Assembly (NCBI GenBank): GCA_963666055.2
Contig: CAXWPH010000014.1
Location: 192,001-256,000 of the forward strand
Origin: Acidobacteriota bacterium
GTDB taxonomy: Bacteria > Acidobacteriota > UBA890 > WLXD01
Length of the DNA: 64,000 nucleotides
Direction: 5' to 3'
The number at the start of each line of letters is the position of its first letter. Positions within the stretch are counted from its first letter, which is position 1. The notes under the pieces were generated by a model. It saw nothing but the letters and a program-made list of their open reading frames with translations, did not search any database and had not been told where the DNA came from. Of the stretch, positions 10,206 through 20,933 are shown piece by piece. A program made the position numbers and the translations under genes.

Positions 10206-10575
10206 GGATGTAGTCCGTACCGCGGTCGCAGCCCACCTCCACGGCAGTGATGCGATAGGCCTCGCCGCGGTTCTTACGCGCTAAGCCGTGCAACAACCAG
10301 CGGGCCACCTGCTCGGCGGTTGCCGAGTTCTTGCCGAGCTCGGGGTGCTCCTCCAGAGCGGTCCCGCGCAGCTCGTCGAGTAGTTCCTCCGTCTGCCCGC
10401 GCAGCTTGCGGAAGTCGACCACGATCGAGATTCGATCGAGCTCGGTTGATGAAGCCTGCACCACGACACGCCAATCGTGCTCATGCTCGGCAGCGCTGTT
10501 GCCGTCCGGTCCAACGCGATGGCGGGCGCGGAAGCTCGTCTCGATGCGTACGTCGAAGGTGGCTGCCCCGCTCAA
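10186..10575 (-). CDS. 6-pyruvoyl/6-carboxy-tetrahydropterin synthase (QueD-like T-fold)
   Basis: FRARH..HEHDWRV..VVDFRKL..ATAEQVARWL; TTG start overlaps the lapB stop. Confidence 0.75.
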   Translation of the reverse strand: MSGAATFDVRIETSFRARHRVGPDGNSAAEHEHDWRVVVQASSTELDRISIVVDFRKLRGQTEELLDELRGTALEEHPELGKNSATAEQVARWLLHGLARKNRGEAYRITAVEVGCDRGTDYILSAATG

Positions 10576-11744
10576 TCCTGACGCTCCTCTCCCATGGTCT
10601 CCCAGGCGTGACAGTGCGGACATCGCGCAAACAGCTCGGCGCTCTTGAACCGGCATTGGAAACAGACGTACGGATCGAGCAACCGGGCATCGTCGAGCGC
10701 CTCATCCAGCAACTCTATGAACTGCTCGATTCCCTCGCCTTCGAGGCGCAACAATTCCCATAATTGACGCTGTACCGCGAGCGACCCGGGCCGCTCGCTG
10801 AGCGCCGCCCGCAACGCCTCGCGAGCGCCGGCAAACTCCCGGCGTTCGGTCCGAACACGCGCTAGCTCCAGCCACGCTCGCCAGGCGCGAGGATCGCGCT
10901 CGAGGATCGCGTTGCAGGATCTCTCGAGAACAGCCTCATCGCCGAGCACTCGACAGGCGCGCCTCAGGACGACCATCGCCGCCAGCGCCCACGGCGGTCC
11001 CGCATGGATCGCTTGCTCGAGGTGATCTCGAGCCACTTCGGCACTGCCCTGCTCGAGCAGGCATGTGGCTAGCCCGATTCGAGCCGGTGCATAGTCGGGC
11101 CGCAGGTCAAGCGCGGCTTGAAAATGCACCGCCGCCGCCGCCGGGTCATCGGCCCCCACCGCCCTGCCCCACTCTGTCTGCAGAGCCGGGCGGAGGTCCG
11201 GTTCCGCGCCGCGCGTCATCGTCTGGATGCGCTGGTGAAAGCGCTGTGCCTCTTCCCAACGTCCACTCTCCTCGGCGATCTGCTGCAGTGCCGTCAGAGC
11301 CGCGAGGCTTTCCGGCTCGGCATCCACGACCTCCTGGAAGGTGCTGGCGGCACGATCGATCAAGCCGGCCCGCTTGAAGTCCATCGCCAGCGAGAACAGC
11401 ACTTGCGTGTGCTCCCACCGGGACTGGTTCGGCCGGTGCAGGAGACTGCGGTGAACATCGATGGCACGCTCAGTTTGCCCGCTTTCGCGCAGCAGGTTGC
11501 CAAGTGCGAGGTACGCCTCGAGAGCATCGGTCTCGTGTCGCACGGCCTGGGAGAGCTCGCGAATCGCCTGGTCCGGCTGGTGCGACACCAAGAAGTTCAG
11601 GCCAAGCAGGTAGTGAGGCCGAGCGCCGGAGCTCTGGGGCAGCACCCGCGGCGTCCGGAAACGTGCCCAGAGCTCACCGAGGAGCGCGCCGAACGCCAGC
11701 AGGGCCAGCGCAGCGCCAAGCGTCAGCGGCCAGTCACCCTGCAT
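10572..11744 (-). CDS. lapB: LPS assembly protein B (TPR + rubredoxin)
   Basis: N-terminal TM, YLLGLNFL..QPDQAI, TPR repeats, C-terminal CFQC..CPHCHAWET; KDO gene neighbourhood. Confidence 0.88.
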   Translation of the reverse strand: MQGDWPLTLGAALALLAFGALLGELWARFRTPRVLPQSSGARPHYLLGLNFLVSHQPDQAIRELSQAVRHETDALEAYLALGNLLRESGQTERAIDVHRSLLHRPNQSRWEHTQVLFSLAMDFKRAGLIDRAASTFQEVVDAEPESLAALTALQQIAEESGRWEEAQRFHQRIQTMTRGAEPDLRPALQTEWGRAVGADDPAAAAVHFQAALDLRPDYAPARIGLATCLLEQGSAEVARDHLEQAIHAGPPWALAAMVVLRRACRVLGDEAVLERSCNAILERDPRAWRAWLELARVRTERREFAGAREALRAALSERPGSLAVQRQLWELLRLEGEGIEQFIELLDEALDDARLLDPYVCFQCRFKSAELFARCPHCHAWETMGEERQD

Positions 11745-11782
11745 GCGTTGCTTCTCCTGGACATTGGCGCGGTCTCACCAGC

Positions 11783-12361
11783 TCACGGCGCATCCGCATC
11801 GGCGCCGGGCACCACCGACTGGCGGCGAAGATAGTCTTGCAGCACGCTGCTCCAGAGATCGCGAGCGGTCACGGCGTCGTCCACCACCTCGCGCAAGGCG
11901 CCCCGTCCCCCAGCCACCGTCGTAACCCAGTCAGCCGCCTCGAGAATCCGCGGGTGTGCGTCGGCCACCGCAATACCGACACCGACGTGGCGCATCACCG
12001 CCAGATCAACCAGGTCATCCCCCAGGAAGGCTACCTGCGACGCCTCAAGCCCGAGCTGCGCCTGCATGTCCAGACAGGCTCCGACTTTGTCGAAGGCCCC
12101 CTGCCGGAGCTCGAGCACGGGCAACTCCGAGAAGCGTCGCGCCACGGCGGCCGATTCGCGTGCCGTGACCACCGCAATTTGCAGATCGATAACCGCAGCG
12201 ATATAGAAGGCGCTGCCATCGCGAACATGGAACGCCTTGGCTTCGCAGTCCGCTCCGGCATAGACGATCGAGCCGTCGGTCAGCACGCCATCGACGTCGG
12301 TAATGAGCAGACGGAGCTCGCGCAGGCGATCCTCGTACGCTTGCTTGGAGAGTCGCTGCAT
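11783..12361 (-). CDS. kdsC: KDO 8-phosphate phosphatase (HAD)
   Basis: DVDGVLTDG, FHVRDG, GDDLVD, GGRGALRE. Confidence 0.92.
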   Translation of the reverse strand: MQRLSKQAYEDRLRELRLLITDVDGVLTDGSIVYAGADCEAKAFHVRDGSAFYIAAVIDLQIAVVTARESAAVARRFSELPVLELRQGAFDKVGACLDMQAQLGLEASQVAFLGDDLVDLAVMRHVGVGIAVADAHPRILEAADWVTTVAGGRGALREVVDDAVTARDLWSSVLQDYLRRQSVVPGADADAP

Positions 12362-12623
12362 TAGCAAGCCGTGGTGGAAGTGTGGCGGGCCTGGTTACGG
12401 CGAGTCGGGGTCGGATGCAAGGCCACCTGACGCAGGCGACGCCCTGGCAGCAGGCCGTGGTGGAAGTGTGGTGAGTCTGGCAGGTGGCACCCACGGGCGA
12501 GGGCAAGAATCGACGACGAGGCGATGCTGGTGCGATCGTCGAGGAGGAAGGACGCCGCCATTCGCCCGCAACTCCCACTTGCCCGAGGGGTTACGCCCAT
12601 CACACTTTCACCTCGACCTGCTA
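12362..12623. mobile_element. MITE-like element, family A (composite, with an internal second left end near 12449)
   Basis: Imperfect TIRs TAGCAAGCCGTGGTGGAAG ... CTTTCACCTCGACCTGCTA, with TA at both ends (12362-63, 12622-23). Homologous to elements at 16949 and 45985. Confidence 0.75.
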
Positions 12624-13613
12624 GACCATCTGCGTACGCCACAGGTCGTGCAAGTGCACGACACCGACGGCGCGTCGATCGCCGCCGTCAACGACCAGCA
12701 CGGTAATCCTGCTCTCCTCCAGCACCCGCAGCGCCTCCGCAGCCAGGGCGTCGGCGTCAATCAGGACCGGATTCGGCGTCATGCAGTCGCGCGCCGAGCT
12801 GTCGGTGTCGATACCGCTCTGAACGATACGCCGAACGTCACCATCGGTGATGATGCCAACGACCCTACCGTCGGCCGACTCCACGAGCGTCATGCCGAGG
12901 CCCTTGGCGGTCATTTCCTCGATCGCCACGGCGAATGAAGCCGTCTCGCCGACGCGCGGCACCTGATCGCCGGTGTGCATTACCGTGCGCACGCGTAACA
13001 AACGACGTCCCAGCGATCCCTTCGGATGGAAACGGGCGAACTCGTCGACACCGAAGCCCCTCTCCTTGAGCAGCGCCATCGCCAGAGCATCGCCAAGCGC
13101 CAGAGCTGCCGTGGTCGACGCGGTCGGGGCGAGTCCCAGCGGGCACGCCTCGGCATCGACGTCGATGCACAGCACCACGTCCGCCTCACGAGCGATGATC
13201 GAATCAGGATCGCCGACCATGGCGATCAACCGCACGTTCAGGCGCCGAATCGCAGGCAGCAACGCGACGATCTCGCCGGTATCGCCACTGTGGCTCAGGG
13301 CGATGAACACATCACCGTCGACGAGCATACCCAGATCGCCGTGGCCGGCCTCCGCGGGGTGGAGAAAGAACGCCGGGCTGCCAGTCGATGCCAACGTGGC
13401 TGCGAGCTTTCTGGCAATGATGCCCGACTTGCCCATGCCCGAGCACACGACACGCGTATCGCATGCAAGCAGCACGTCCAACGCCCGACCTAGCGCCTCC
13501 TCGTCGAGCCCCTCCGCGAGCTTCTCCAACGCCCGAGCCTCGGTCTGCAATACTTGCCGCGCCATCTCCAACCCGGCGCGGCGGGCGGTCGTGCCAGTAC
13601 GTTCTGCGGTCAT
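12621..13613 (-). CDS. kdsD: Arabinose-5-phosphate isomerase (KpsF/GutQ, SIS + CBS)
   Basis: SGMGKSG, HPAEAGHGDLG, EACPLGLAPTAST, FHPKGSLG, CBS pair. Confidence 0.95.
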   Translation of the reverse strand: MTAERTGTTARRAGLEMARQVLQTEARALEKLAEGLDEEALGRALDVLLACDTRVVCSGMGKSGIIARKLAATLASTGSPAFFLHPAEAGHGDLGMLVDGDVFIALSHSGDTGEIVALLPAIRRLNVRLIAMVGDPDSIIAREADVVLCIDVDAEACPLGLAPTASTTAALALGDALAMALLKERGFGVDEFARFHPKGSLGRRLLRVRTVMHTGDQVPRVGETASFAVAIEEMTAKGLGMTLVESADGRVVGIITDGDVRRIVQSGIDTDSSARDCMTPNPVLIDADALAAEALRVLEESRITVLVVDGGDRRAVGVVHLHDLWRTQMV

Positions 13614-14443
13614 CTCAGCAGGCCGTGGTCGCGGGCCGCGGCTTGGATCCTTATCAGCTTCTCGAGCAGCGGTTCGAGTCGTTCCAGTGGCAGCTGCGTG
13701 CTGGCATCGCTCAGTGCGGCCGGTGGGTTGTCGTGGACTTCCAGGAACAGGACATCGACTCCGGCCGCCACGCCCGCCGCCGCCAGCGGCTCGGCGAACT
13801 CGGGCTCTCCGCCGCTGCTCTCGCCTTGACCGGCCGGGAGCTGCAAGCTGTGCGTGACATCGAGAACTACGGGATAGCCGAGCCCGGCGAGATAGCTCAA
13901 GCCCTTGAAGTCGACAACGAGATTATTGTATCCGAACGATGTGCCGCGCTCGGTGACCAGCAACGCCTCATTGCCGGTGGACGCCGCCTTCTCGACAACC
14001 CTGCTCATATCCCAGGGCGCCAAAAACTGGCCTTTCTTCAAGTTGACCGGACGGCCGGTATGAGCCGCGGCGAGCACCAGGTCTGTCTGCCGGCACAGGA
14101 ACGCCGGAACTTGCAGGACATCAACGCACTCCGCCGCTGCGGCCGCTTGCGCCGGCTCGTGTACGTCGGTCAGCACCGGAAGGCCGACAGCATCGCGAAC
14201 GTCGGCGAGGATTCGCAGCCCCTCGTCAGGGCCAGGCCCGCGATACGAAGAAACCGACGTTCGGTTGCCCTTGTAGTAGGAAGCCTTGAACACGCACGGT
14301 GTCCGCGTTCGCCGGCTGATCTTGGCCACCGCCTCGGCCATACGGAGACAATGGTCGCGACTCTCGATGACGCAGGGGCCAGCGATCAGCCCGAGTTTGC
14401 CGTCGCCGAAGACTACGCCGTCGGCGACCGTCACCGCGCCCAT
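13610..14443 (-). CDS. kdsA: KDO 8-phosphate synthase
   Basis: IAGPCVIES, FKASY.KGNRTS, QVPAFLCRQTDL, KKGQFLAP, ERGTSFGYNNLVVD. Confidence 0.96.
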   Translation of the reverse strand: MGAVTVADGVVFGDGKLGLIAGPCVIESRDHCLRMAEAVAKISRRTRTPCVFKASYYKGNRTSVSSYRGPGPDEGLRILADVRDAVGLPVLTDVHEPAQAAAAAECVDVLQVPAFLCRQTDLVLAAAHTGRPVNLKKGQFLAPWDMSRVVEKAASTGNEALLVTERGTSFGYNNLVVDFKGLSYLAGLGYPVVLDVTHSLQLPAGQGESSGGEPEFAEPLAAAGVAAGVDVLFLEVHDNPPAALSDASTQLPLERLEPLLEKLIRIQAAARDHGLLR

Positions 14444-14449
14444 GCCGCG

Positions 14450-16940
<2,491 letters not shown>

Positions 16941-16948
16941 AGCCTCTC

Positions 16949-17045
16949 CTAGCAGGCCGTGGTGGAAGTGTGGCGGGCCTGGTTGTGGCGAGTCGGGGCC
17001 GGATGGAAGGTGGCCTGACGCTGGCGATGCTCTAGTGGCCTGTAA
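16949..17045. mobile_element. Partial MITE-like element, family A, with a family-B-like end (CTAGTGGCCTG) at 17032
   Basis: CTAGCAGGCCGTGGTGGAAGTGTGGCGGGCCTGGTTGTGGCGAGTCGGGG aligns closely with 12362-12410. Confidence 0.7.
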
Positions 17046-17106
17046 CAGATGATCGTTGCATATCGTGGTGGAGTCGCGATGAAGGTACACCGACGCCCGA
17101 GGCCTC

Positions 17107-18033
17107 TCAATCCGCCGGCGGCACTCGCAGCGTCAGCGCCCCCGGCAGTACGGAAAAGCGACCCGGCAGGCGCCCCCGCACCTCGCCGTCGGTCTCGACC
17201 AGGGCATCGCCCTGGAGCGTCAAGTGCCGCCCGCGCGACACGCGGATGGCCGGATCCACCAGGCTGCCACCGCGCACCGCCTTGAGCAGCAAGCCGGGGA
17301 TCCTGGACACAGGTATGGCATCGATCAGCGCCATATGCAGAAACCCATCGTCGTGCCGAGCCTGCGGGCAGGGGCGCATCCCGCCACCGAACGAGGGTCC
17401 GTTGCAGATCGACACGTTGAGAAGGGCGGCGCGACCCGAGCCCGCATCACCGTCCCAGAGAAACTCGGTCCGCGCGCCGCGTACAAGCGCCGGAACGGCT
17501 GCCAGCACGTAGGCTGCGGCCCCGAATCGACGCAAGGTTGTCGAGCCACTCAACCGGTCAGCAACGACCGAGCCCAGCCCTGCGTTGGCATCGTTGATGA
17601 AATAGACACTCGTTCGGCGCTCCCCCTTCCCGCAGGACGACAATTCCGCCACCCCCACATCCAGCGACAGACGTTGGTAGCGAGACAGGGGGACCTCGAG
17701 AGCATCTTCCGCCGCGGCGAGATTGACAGACCTGGCCAGGTCGCAGCCTGTACCGAGTGGCAGACACGCCAGGTCCGGCAAGCCGTTCGTACCTGCTTTC
17801 AGCAGACCGTTTACAGTCTCGTGCAGCGTACCGTCGCCGCCAGCGACGACCACGAGCTCAGCCCCGTCGCGTCGCGCCTGTTCTGCAAGCGTCTCCGCAT
17901 GCCCCGGGCTGGAAGTCCAGCGTACTCGGCAGCCTGGCGCCCACACGTTCAGGCGAGGCCGCAGGCGTTCGAACGCGCGGCGTGCGGCACCACCTGCAGC
18001 AGCAGGGTTGGCGATCACCACTACCGACGACAT
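17107..18033 (-). CDS. Diacylglycerol/lipid kinase family protein (YegS/DgkB-like)
   Basis: IANPAAAGG, AGGDGTLHE.VNG, LPLGTGCDLAR, NGPSFGGG, ETDGE. Confidence 0.9.
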   Translation of the reverse strand: MSSVVVIANPAAAGGAARRAFERLRPRLNVWAPGCRVRWTSSPGHAETLAEQARRDGAELVVVAGGDGTLHETVNGLLKAGTNGLPDLACLPLGTGCDLARSVNLAAAEDALEVPLSRYQRLSLDVGVAELSSCGKGERRTSVYFINDANAGLGSVVADRLSGSTTLRRFGAAAYVLAAVPALVRGARTEFLWDGDAGSGRAALLNVSICNGPSFGGGMRPCPQARHDDGFLHMALIDAIPVSRIPGLLLKAVRGGSLVDPAIRVSRGRHLTLQGDALVETDGEVRGRLPGRFSVLPGALTLRVPPAD

Positions 18034-18040
18034 GTCAGCA
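18024..18040. repeat. attL-like 17-bp direct repeat CCGACGACATGTCAGCA
   Basis: Identical to 27916-27932; spans the ATG of the lipid kinase gene. Confidence 0.85.
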
Positions 18041-18128
18041 GGGGGGCTCTGGTATCAAAGGGATTTTCGGTCCTCCAGCCGAGAAACGAATCACACTGAG
18101 CGCGCCATCCGCTTGGGTATGCAGGACG

Positions 18129-19232
18129 TCAGAGCACTCCTTGGCCTGCCCCAGCGCCGCGGCCGTCCGCCAGGCCGCCGGCAGCATTTCGGCCGAGTAG
18201 CCTTGGAAGTTGCACGATGAACCGTGTCGTTCGAGAGAGGCATTCCGCAAGCTGAAACGGCAACCTGGGAAGCTCGTTGAACGGCCCTCGCACGCCTACC
18301 GTGGCCAGAATCGGATTCGGCCAACGCAGGCCCAGAGCTCTCAGCGCTCCAGCGGGATGCCGGAGACAGAAGGCCATCGACGGGCTGATCATGTAATGTT
18401 CCGCTGCCCCCCATTGGCGCAGCACGGCGGGCAGCAGCCATCGGGGCAGGTGTCGTGTTCTCCAGGCCACGAGGGCGCCGTCGACGCGGGCGCCGAGAAG
18501 CTGGTGCGCCAGACCGATGGCGCAGGCAACCCAATCCGAGCTGCGTGGATCTCCGCTCAGGCAATGCTCCCAGTCGAAGTCCCCTGGCAGCCTCTCGAGC
18601 GCCGCCGCGATGTCGCACAGCCAGAGCGGTCGCCAAGCGCCATGGCGGAACATGTGCAGGCACAAGAGGCGAAGGTGGTCCTCCGGCCCCGGTATGCGCA
18701 CCTCCACCTCACCGAGGGGCAGCAGCCGCGAGCGATCGCAAAGCTCGTCCCAGCTACGGTCGAGGTATTTGACAAGACGGATTTCCCCGTGCAGGTCCAC
18801 CCGGAGCCGCTGGCCAGCGGGGCTCTCGAGGGCCGCTACTGCAGCCGCATGATCTCCCGCTCGAACCCACAGGTCGATGTCTGAGTAGGGGCGCAGGCCA
18901 CGCTCCGGATAGAGCCGCGCTGCCGCCCAGCCCTTGGCCAGCAGTGGCTCCACGCCGGTCGAGCTGAGGAGCGCGATGGCGCGCGCGATGCGGCGCTCGT
19001 GCAGCCCAGCCTGAAGCGTATGGCGGCGGTACGCCTGGCGAAGCTCGAGGGCGGAGGCGCAGGTCCGCAGGTCGGAATCGCGCACCCGCCACCAGCCCAA
19101 GCTCCCTGCTCCGGTCCACAGCAGCAACGGCGTGATCTCGGCCAGGGCGGCTGGCGACAGAGACAGCGGCGGCGGGGACCGGCGCCAGGTGCCGGCGAGG
19201 ACCGATGCAACCAGCTCACCGTTTGGCCCCAC
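18129..19232 (-). CDS. Uncharacterised nucleotidyltransferase (NTP_transf_5-like; start uncertain)
   Basis: LLAKG...LYPERGLRPYSDIDLWV, VDLH, HLRLLCLH..RH..RPLWLCDIA. Confidence 0.85.
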   Translation of the reverse strand: MGPNGELVASVLAGTWRRSPPPLSLSPAALAEITPLLLWTGAGSLGWWRVRDSDLRTCASALELRQAYRRHTLQAGLHERRIARAIALLSSTGVEPLLAKGWAAARLYPERGLRPYSDIDLWVRAGDHAAAVAALESPAGQRLRVDLHGEIRLVKYLDRSWDELCDRSRLLPLGEVEVRIPGPEDHLRLLCLHMFRHGAWRPLWLCDIAAALERLPGDFDWEHCLSGDPRSSDWVACAIGLAHQLLGARVDGALVAWRTRHLPRWLLPAVLRQWGAAEHYMISPSMAFCLRHPAGALRALGLRWPNPILATVGVRGPFNELPRLPFQLAECLSRTTRFIVQLPRLLGRNAAGGLADGRGAGAGQGVL

Positions 19233-19293
19233 CTGCTGATCAGGCTGCGGACCGGACTGCCGTGATCTCAGCGTAGGCCCTTCGCCCCGTCGA

Positions 19294-19832
19294 TCATATA
19301 CAGCTCTCCTTTTCACTGCAATTGTTCCCGTTTTGCAAGCAACAATCCCCGGGTCTGTTAACGATGCACGTGCCGGGGCAAGGTGGAGAAAAAGCCTTGC
19401 ACTCTTCCTTAGTGATACACGATGCTTGCGCCGCCGCATGAGGGGCGACGATCGTCTCCACGACGGGCAGAGCAACTAGCGCCAGCCCCGCACCCAACCC
19501 CACGTTCGCATCGCCTGCCGCCGCGAGTAGCGTGCCTGAGGTGCTGGCAGGCGCACCGGCTCGGTGAGCAGGTGCGCCCTCCGCAGGCGCTCCAGCGCCA
19601 TCCAGACCAACACGTCGTTTGCTGGTATTTCCAATCCCTTCTCCAGCAGCGCGGCCAGCTCGGCGACGGTCGTTTGCCCATCGCAGTGCTGCCAGACCAG
19701 GGCAGCCGTCGGATTCAGACAGTGGGCCTTGTCGCGCTTCAAGTCGTATACCAGGGTTTCATCCGGCAACTCTTCTACCAGCAACCCCTCTTTCCTCGCC
19801 CTCGGCGTCGGATTGTTTGCGTTCCCCACCAT
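19294..19832 (-). CDS. PqqD/RRE-domain protein fused to a Tat-like leader and Cys-rich core (1-nt frame break near 19503)
   Basis: RRE: ELPDETLVYDLKRDKAHCLNPTAALVWQHCDGQTTVAELA. Then SRRQAMRT | GLGAGLALVALPVVETIVAPHAAAQA-SCITKEEC...CSEKESCI, spanning ORFs 19476-19865 and 19294-19503. Confidence 0.75.
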
Positions 19833-19869
19833 GACCTCCTTGCCTGCTCGCCGCTCCGCGCTCACGCGC

Positions 19870-20739
19870 TCAAGCAGCCCCTTGTGGGAGGCGCTCTGCC
19901 GGCACCGCGATCACGCGCTCTTCCAGTCGTCTCAACAAAGACTCGGCCATCTCCTCGGCCTCGCCGCGCACGCCCTTGAGAACCAGCGCGTCGGATACCG
20001 CCTTCCGCAGCCTGGTGATCGCGGCCCTCGGTCGCCGCCGAACCGGCACGGTGTGAGCCAGGAGCGCCAGCACGGCTCGCCCCGGGGTGACCTGTCGGGG
20101 TCGCCAGCGCGCCCCCTGCCGGTACTTCGTGACAACCACCGAGCCGACCGGGAGCGGTCCGACTCCGGGGTGACCGCCCAAGGCCTCGGGCGGGCACCTC
20201 TTGCCCCGCGCATCCTTCCCTTCCCGGATCGACAACGGTGTGGGGTAGGGATGCACGCGCCCGCGCCCGTCGAACACTGCGAACTCGTCGGAGTAGTAGG
20301 TGGCTCCGGCGCGGAGTAGCGCCGCCACCAGGGTTGTCTTGCCGCTGAAGCTACGGCCAGGGATGACGATGGCCCGGCCGTGCCAGCCGACCACCCCCGC
20401 ATGCACGAACAGCCTGCGTCGCGCCCGCTCCGCGATATAGAGCTGCAGGTCGGATTCGAGGTTGGAGAACACCGGATCGAGATCCATCGAGCGAGCGATT
20501 CGCGCTGAGTTCGCGTACAGCAAGTTGAAGTGGCGGACGTTGGGGCGCGACCCCTCGCCACCGACGATGAGGGAGTAGAGGCGGTCGACCTCGGGCGAAC
20601 CAGCGGGCTTCCAACCGGGCGGCAGCAGAGCGGGAAGCCGATCCATGGCCCCCGGAGCGTTCACCCGGACCCCGACTCGCAGCCCGTAGGCGACGAAGCA
20701 GGTCCCATCCGCCCACCCGAGGCGGTCGAGCTTCCGCAT
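19870..20739 (-). CDS. HPr-kinase-related P-loop kinase
   Basis: FVHAGVV...IPGRSFSGKTTLVAALL..GATYYSDE: the HprK-like His, Walker A and DD/DE signature. Confidence 0.85.
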   Translation of the reverse strand: MRKLDRLGWADGTCFVAYGLRVGVRVNAPGAMDRLPALLPPGWKPAGSPEVDRLYSLIVGGEGSRPNVRHFNLLYANSARIARSMDLDPVFSNLESDLQLYIAERARRRLFVHAGVVGWHGRAIVIPGRSFSGKTTLVAALLRAGATYYSDEFAVFDGRGRVHPYPTPLSIREGKDARGKRCPPEALGGHPGVGPLPVGSVVVTKYRQGARWRPRQVTPGRAVLALLAHTVPVRRRPRAAITRLRKAVSDALVLKGVRGEAEEMAESLLRRLEERVIAVPAERLPQGAA

Positions 20740-20933
20740 TCAGGTGGAGGCCGGCTCGAGTTGAGGGTGCAACGAAGTTGACACGCGAGTCTCCGACGCA
20801 GTCTGAAGTAGACGATGAATATCTCAAGGTTAGCATAAAAGCGTAATTCTATGCGTTGCTGACCAGAGATTGCTCTGGAGTTCTTTGGACCTGCCAGGTT
20901 CCGGTACAGTACGTGACCCTTCAGAATCAGCGT

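Noticed and set aside
12362-12480. Two AGC(A)GCCGTGGTGGAAGTGTGG units resembling CRISPR repeats
   Set aside because: Only two imperfect copies about 87 bp apart and no cas genes; better explained as nested MITE ends
13618-13629. GCAGGCCGTGGT match to the MITE end at the kdsA 3' end
   Set aside because: Short, inside coding sequence (DHGLL), no TA flank or partner end; may be chance
18129-20739. Conventional lasso peptide or PQQ biosynthesis cluster
   Set aside because: No lasso cyclase, B2 peptidase, pqqB/C/E or separate precursor in the island
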